From positions 172,990-236,989 of the forward strand of contig DF236953.1 in the NCBI GenBank assembly GCA_000708835.1: 64,000 nucleotides of DNA. Reading direction: 5' to 3'. The position numbers and the translations under genes are program-made. Origin of the DNA: Klebsormidium nitens. Lineage: Eukaryota; Plantae; Klebsormidiophyceae. Of the stretch, positions 59,701-64,000 are shown piece after piece. The notes under the pieces were generated by a model. It was not told where the DNA came from, did not search any database, and saw only the letters and a list, made by a program, of their open reading frames with translations. Each line of letters opens with the position of its first letter. The first letter of the stretch is position 1.

Positions 59701-61781
59701 TAGCAGCTGGCTGAAGTCTCTCACATTTTGTGGGGTGTTCGCCAAGTCCGCGCTTTTCAGAATGTTTTCGCATCAAGTTGTCTGTCTTCTGCCTCCAGAA
59801 TCTGTCCACATCAGATACCTGTGAGGCTGGTTTGCACCTTTTAGCTGATTACACGTCTCATGTCACATAAGTCAGCGTCTATTGCATTATTGGCCTGTCT
59901 TTTGCCGTCAAGTCGGGGCCAGTTAGCTATCAACCTAGATTCCTCGACACCGCTGCTTGAGGAGCTTCGAGGCTGAGGCGCCCTCTCGTGACCAAAGCTG
60001 CTTTCCAATCCGATGTCTTTTTTCTGACAGGCCGGTCTCAGAATCTCTGGTATCAACGCTGAGGTAAGAGTCGAACATTAATCTCGTTATGCAGCTTAAG
60101 CGGCGAATAGCCACATGCTTCATTTCGAATCGACATTGCTGTAGTGCTTGATTGCATGCTTCATGCTTATTCCTCTACCATGCCTTGGGGATGGGTTGTC
60201 TCAGGCGGACGTGGCTTGGTGATAAACCTTTGGTGGAATTGTTTTTGGGGTTCACTCGCAACCAAAACTGTGCCAGCATAGTCTGGATGAAGATCTTATT
60301 GAAGTTGCGAACGAGGCAAGTTTTGCAACAGAAAGTCTGACCTCTTCTTGTATACTTGACAGCAAGTGAACCGGTGTTCTAACCAACTAAAGTAATCCAC
60401 CAGGCTAACACAATTTGGTCTCGGTCCCCAGGTCATGCCCGGCCAATGGGAGTTCCAGATCGGACCTGCTGGCCCTCTTGAGGTTGGCGACCACGTCCAG
60501 ATTGCCAGGTGGCTGCTGAACAGGCAAGGCCGTCAACCGTTTCCAAGGACTACTGGCTGATTCCATTGTCCAACCGTTGGCTTTTTGAGGACTCTTTGTT
60601 CCCCGAAATCGCTGCAAGCGGGACTTGGGCCCTCCAGAAAGACATGGGCATTCGTATCTGCACCATTTGCAACCATAGCATTCGGTCATACAAATGTACG
60701 TCGTGATCTTTGACAAAAGGATGCTGTAAGTGGGTGTACGTCGTCAGGCCAGCTTTAGCGCAAGGACGTCGCTCTTTGATATGGCGAGACCGTCCGTTCA
60801 TTCAACTCCAGACATCGCTGCCGTCCGTTCAAAGATGCGCTTGCGAGTGAACGCGCCCAATTTAATCAAGCGCTTATGAGGTCTGCTTTGAGATGTTCAG
60901 TTTAAGAATCTTGTCTTTCTCCTTGAAACTCACAGCTAAGACAACACGGCCAGGTAGCTTTTGTAGCATGCGAGCCCCGTTTACATCACTCTCAATTGCC
61001 CGTCTCTGAAGCATCGGAAATAGTTGGATAAGTTTGGCGATGCTTGTCCTGTGGTAGCACTGGTAAAAGCCTGAGGGGTCGAGACGTGTGAAAGTTCTCT
61101 TTCAGAGCTTGTCGGTGGGCCGAACACAGCTGCTGACTGCCTTACACAGGTCGAGACGTCTGACACCGATTCGTTGGATTCAGAATTACGGCCGACACCA
61201 ATTCGTTGGATTCAGAACTTCGAAGGCAGCAAGGCTAACATTAGAAGTACCCCAGGTTGTTGGGCTCGCTTACATTGAGGTCGAAATGTGCTCAAAGAAC
61301 ACGCTTCAGCGCCCGAGTAACCAGCGATGAGAGACTACTGAGAACTGAGAGACAAAAGGCTGAGCTTTTCTGATTGTTCCGCAGGCTCGGCGAGGACTAC
61401 GGGATCACCATCACCCTGGAGCCCAAGCCGATCCAGGGCGACTGGAACGGCACCGGCGCGCACACCAACTACTCCACCAAGAGCATGCGTGAGGAGGGCG
61501 GCATCAAGGCGATCCACGAGGCCATCGAGAAGCTGAGCAAGAAGCACAGGGAGCACATCATGGTGTACGGCATCGGAAACGAGAAGCGGTTGACGGGCAA
61601 GCACGAGACGGCCAACATTGACACCTTCCGGTCCGGTGTTTCCGACCGTGGCGCGTCCATCCGTATCCCGCTCGGGGTGTCGATCGAGGGCAAGGGCTAC
61701 CTCGAGGACCGGCGGCCGGCGGCCAATGTCGACCCGTATGTTGTTGCTGGGAAGCTGATTGAGACCACCCTTGCCAAGTAA
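56731..61781 (+). CDS. GLN2: Plastid-targeted glutamine synthetase, GSIIB type, 434 aa; exons 56731-56856, 57445-57567, 58022-58194, 59017-59377, 60031-60063, 60432-60523, 61385-61781
   Basis: [97 protein letters not shown]; Ser/Ala/Arg-rich transit-like N-terminus; phases consistent (1305 nt) with one GC-AG intron. Confidence 0.97.
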
Positions 61782-63853
61782 AGTGCCTTGTGACGCAAAG
61801 CAGGACCGTAGCCGTGGCTGGGCTTGATGGGTCGGAAGGGCGACCCTGCGTGGCATAAAAGGATGGGTCCATAAAGGGCGGGTAACGTGTTGGAAGTTCC
61901 TAAGAGTTCCAATTATTCATGGAGAGGCGATCTATTCGCTTCCGTGGTCAAATATGCTAGTTGACTTGGTCATCAGCACATTATCTGGTTAGCTTTGAGT
62001 ACCTGAGCAGGTTTCGAGTTGACTCTAGATCGTGAAGGAACGGTGTACTGCATGCAGTTTCTGGAGGCATGCAATCGAAATTTTGCACTACAATACGGTT
62101 ATGGCACTCGCGCTTCTCTTCACTGAGAAAACTCGCCATCCTCTTCTTATCCTTTGTTGTCTCTTGCCAAAAACCTTGTAACTTAGTCTGTATTGAGAAC
62201 TCAGTGCCGCACGGGTCCTTGCATCGCTAGAGTGACGCCCACGGAATTCCCATAGTCAGCCATTGAATTCGACCTGCAAGGCTTCAAGCCTTCAGCTACT
62301 ATTATGCAAATATGCTGGTTGATTGGTGTACGGTAGTGCCTACTTCTAGTTTGTTTGTCATGAACGCCGCTTGATTGCAGACAAACGACTTGCCATGTAT
62401 CCTTGCACTGAACTAATTATGATAATCATGTATGCACACGCAAATATCTAGAGCCTCAACATAACTCATACTAGATTTGTTATCATCCAACAATCGTATT
62501 TACACTAGCCAGCTCTGGCTAGCCGGCCCTACCCGGTCAGTATTCTTAAGTATACATGTCTAGCTCGCCACTGAGTGCGCCTCCTCTCAGTATTCCATGT
62601 GCTCATGATTATTCCATGCATGATGCACATGGTGTAATGGCCGATTGCGGCTTCCACGCACTGCATCGTAATGATATAGCTATAGAACTTACATGCGTGC
62701 AGCTTTCACGTTTGACGTATACTTGAGTTAAGCATCACAATTGAGTAGACCACACGTACATGAGAATCAGAAACTGCAAATCAAAGTTGATATAAACTGA
62801 GCACATGCATGTGCAGATTGGGGCGATTGAGCTATCCTACATCTCACATGGGCATGCAGGTATTTGTGCCCACTTACAAAAATAAGCGGCTGCGGCCCTG
62901 GATCGCTGCTTTAGCCTGTAGCTTCGCATCGAGTTGGCACGTACGCGCGTCCACGTATTCTACACGGTCCCATTCACATACCGAGGACGCAGATTGACCA
63001 GAGGCCGTAGTGCCGGATTATGTTGATAAGATCTTGACCAAAACGTACGCCGTTGGATGGACATACGTATTCAAGGTGCATAGAGCAACATTGTTAACAC
63101 GAGTTGAAGCTGCAGATACGACTAATCGAAGCGATGAGCTCCCTTCAGACATACGTTGCAAACGACAATCGAAAGTCTGCGTCCTGAACTACATCGGTCT
63201 AGTTCTTCTGAGAACCTGGTACCCACGCTTGGTCGTGCCCACTCTGTGATCGACGCTGATGTTACATTCTCTTCATGACCTACTTTACAGGAACTGACTT
63301 CCAACTCGATCTTGGACACATCTTGTTTTCACTGTTGACGACAGATGCGGTACTGTCAATTAGTAAGCAGGGCCTTTAGACCTCTAGGGGCAGTCGTACC
63401 TGTTTCACTGTCTTTGGAGCACCTTCGACTCACTACATTCACTAAGGCTTTCAGCAGACCAGTTGCAGGTGACTCCAGGCATGTTCCCTGCAGTGGCAAC
63501 ATCTGAGCGTCAAGCAAAACCCCTACTCCCAAGTCTTCGATTCATCTCGAGATTGTTTCACACAATCATCAGTCCCAGTGCTCTCGGTTCTGACCACGGC
63601 ACGCTGATTCAAAGGGAGCGAAGCTGTCTCTAGATCAAGCGATCGTCCGCACTCAAGATCGACCTTTCCATTAAACAATCTGGACAAGTGAAACAAGTGG
63701 CCTCTCTAAGGTCCCATGTATGGACGCAATTCTGCCTGCTCCTAAGCAGGCGCACCATTGAAGCCTACCGCTTTCGCTCGTTTATCTGTGATTGGCAATT
63801 CCCAGTACACACACTTTCACGTCCGATGTGCTCAGTCACGGGAACACACTTAC

Positions 63854-63926
63854 CTTGCAGACGGAGGCGATCTGCCAGGTGAATCCAGCACGTGTTGGGA
63901 ATACCTCGGTCGCAAATGCCACGTGG
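63854..63926 (-). other. Possible internal exon of a gene entering from the right edge
   Basis: ctgacag|...GCAAG|gtaagt boundaries around an open frame HVAFATEVFPTRAGFTWQIASVCK; no family recognised. Confidence 0.25.
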
Positions 63927-64000
63927 CTGTCAGAAGGAGCTCCGCAGCCCCCGCGCTCACACTCAAGCTGTGTCATACCACTCGCGTCATTACCAGCCGG

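Noticed and set aside
2838-61781. Possible nitrogen-metabolism gene cluster (BCAT, PotD-like, GS, yjbQ)
   Set aside because: Genes are spread over 60 kb, interleaved with unrelated housekeeping genes, and share no specific pathway.

Overview
Eukaryotic, intron-rich nuclear DNA, most consistent with a flagellate streptophyte green alga (Klebsormidium-like). This is inferred from a plant-type Rav1/DMXL C-terminus, an ENF2/PotD-like protein, a plastid-targeted GSIIB and ciliary NME7. I modelled nine complete genes by hand using splice-phase consistency: BCAT(-), YjbQ/UPF0047(+), MDR-family oxidoreductase(-), PotD/ENF2-like(+), single-repeat MYB(+), NME7(-), Rav1/DMXL(+, ~3230 aa, with an N gap and one frameshift), FAM221-like(-) and GSIIB(+). 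There is also a partial unknown gene at the left edge. No rRNA, tRNA or CRISPR was seen. The most striking pattern is recurring junction-spanning duplication. In at least 8 of about 53 modelled introns, across 4 unrelated genes, the intron holds 1-9 decayed copies of its own splice site plus the adjacent exon end. The copy next to the exon body is always the functional one. The distal copies are AG-mutated, AG-deleted, stop-containing, out of frame or (twice) in-frame and open. All homology calls are from motif recognition, not database searches.
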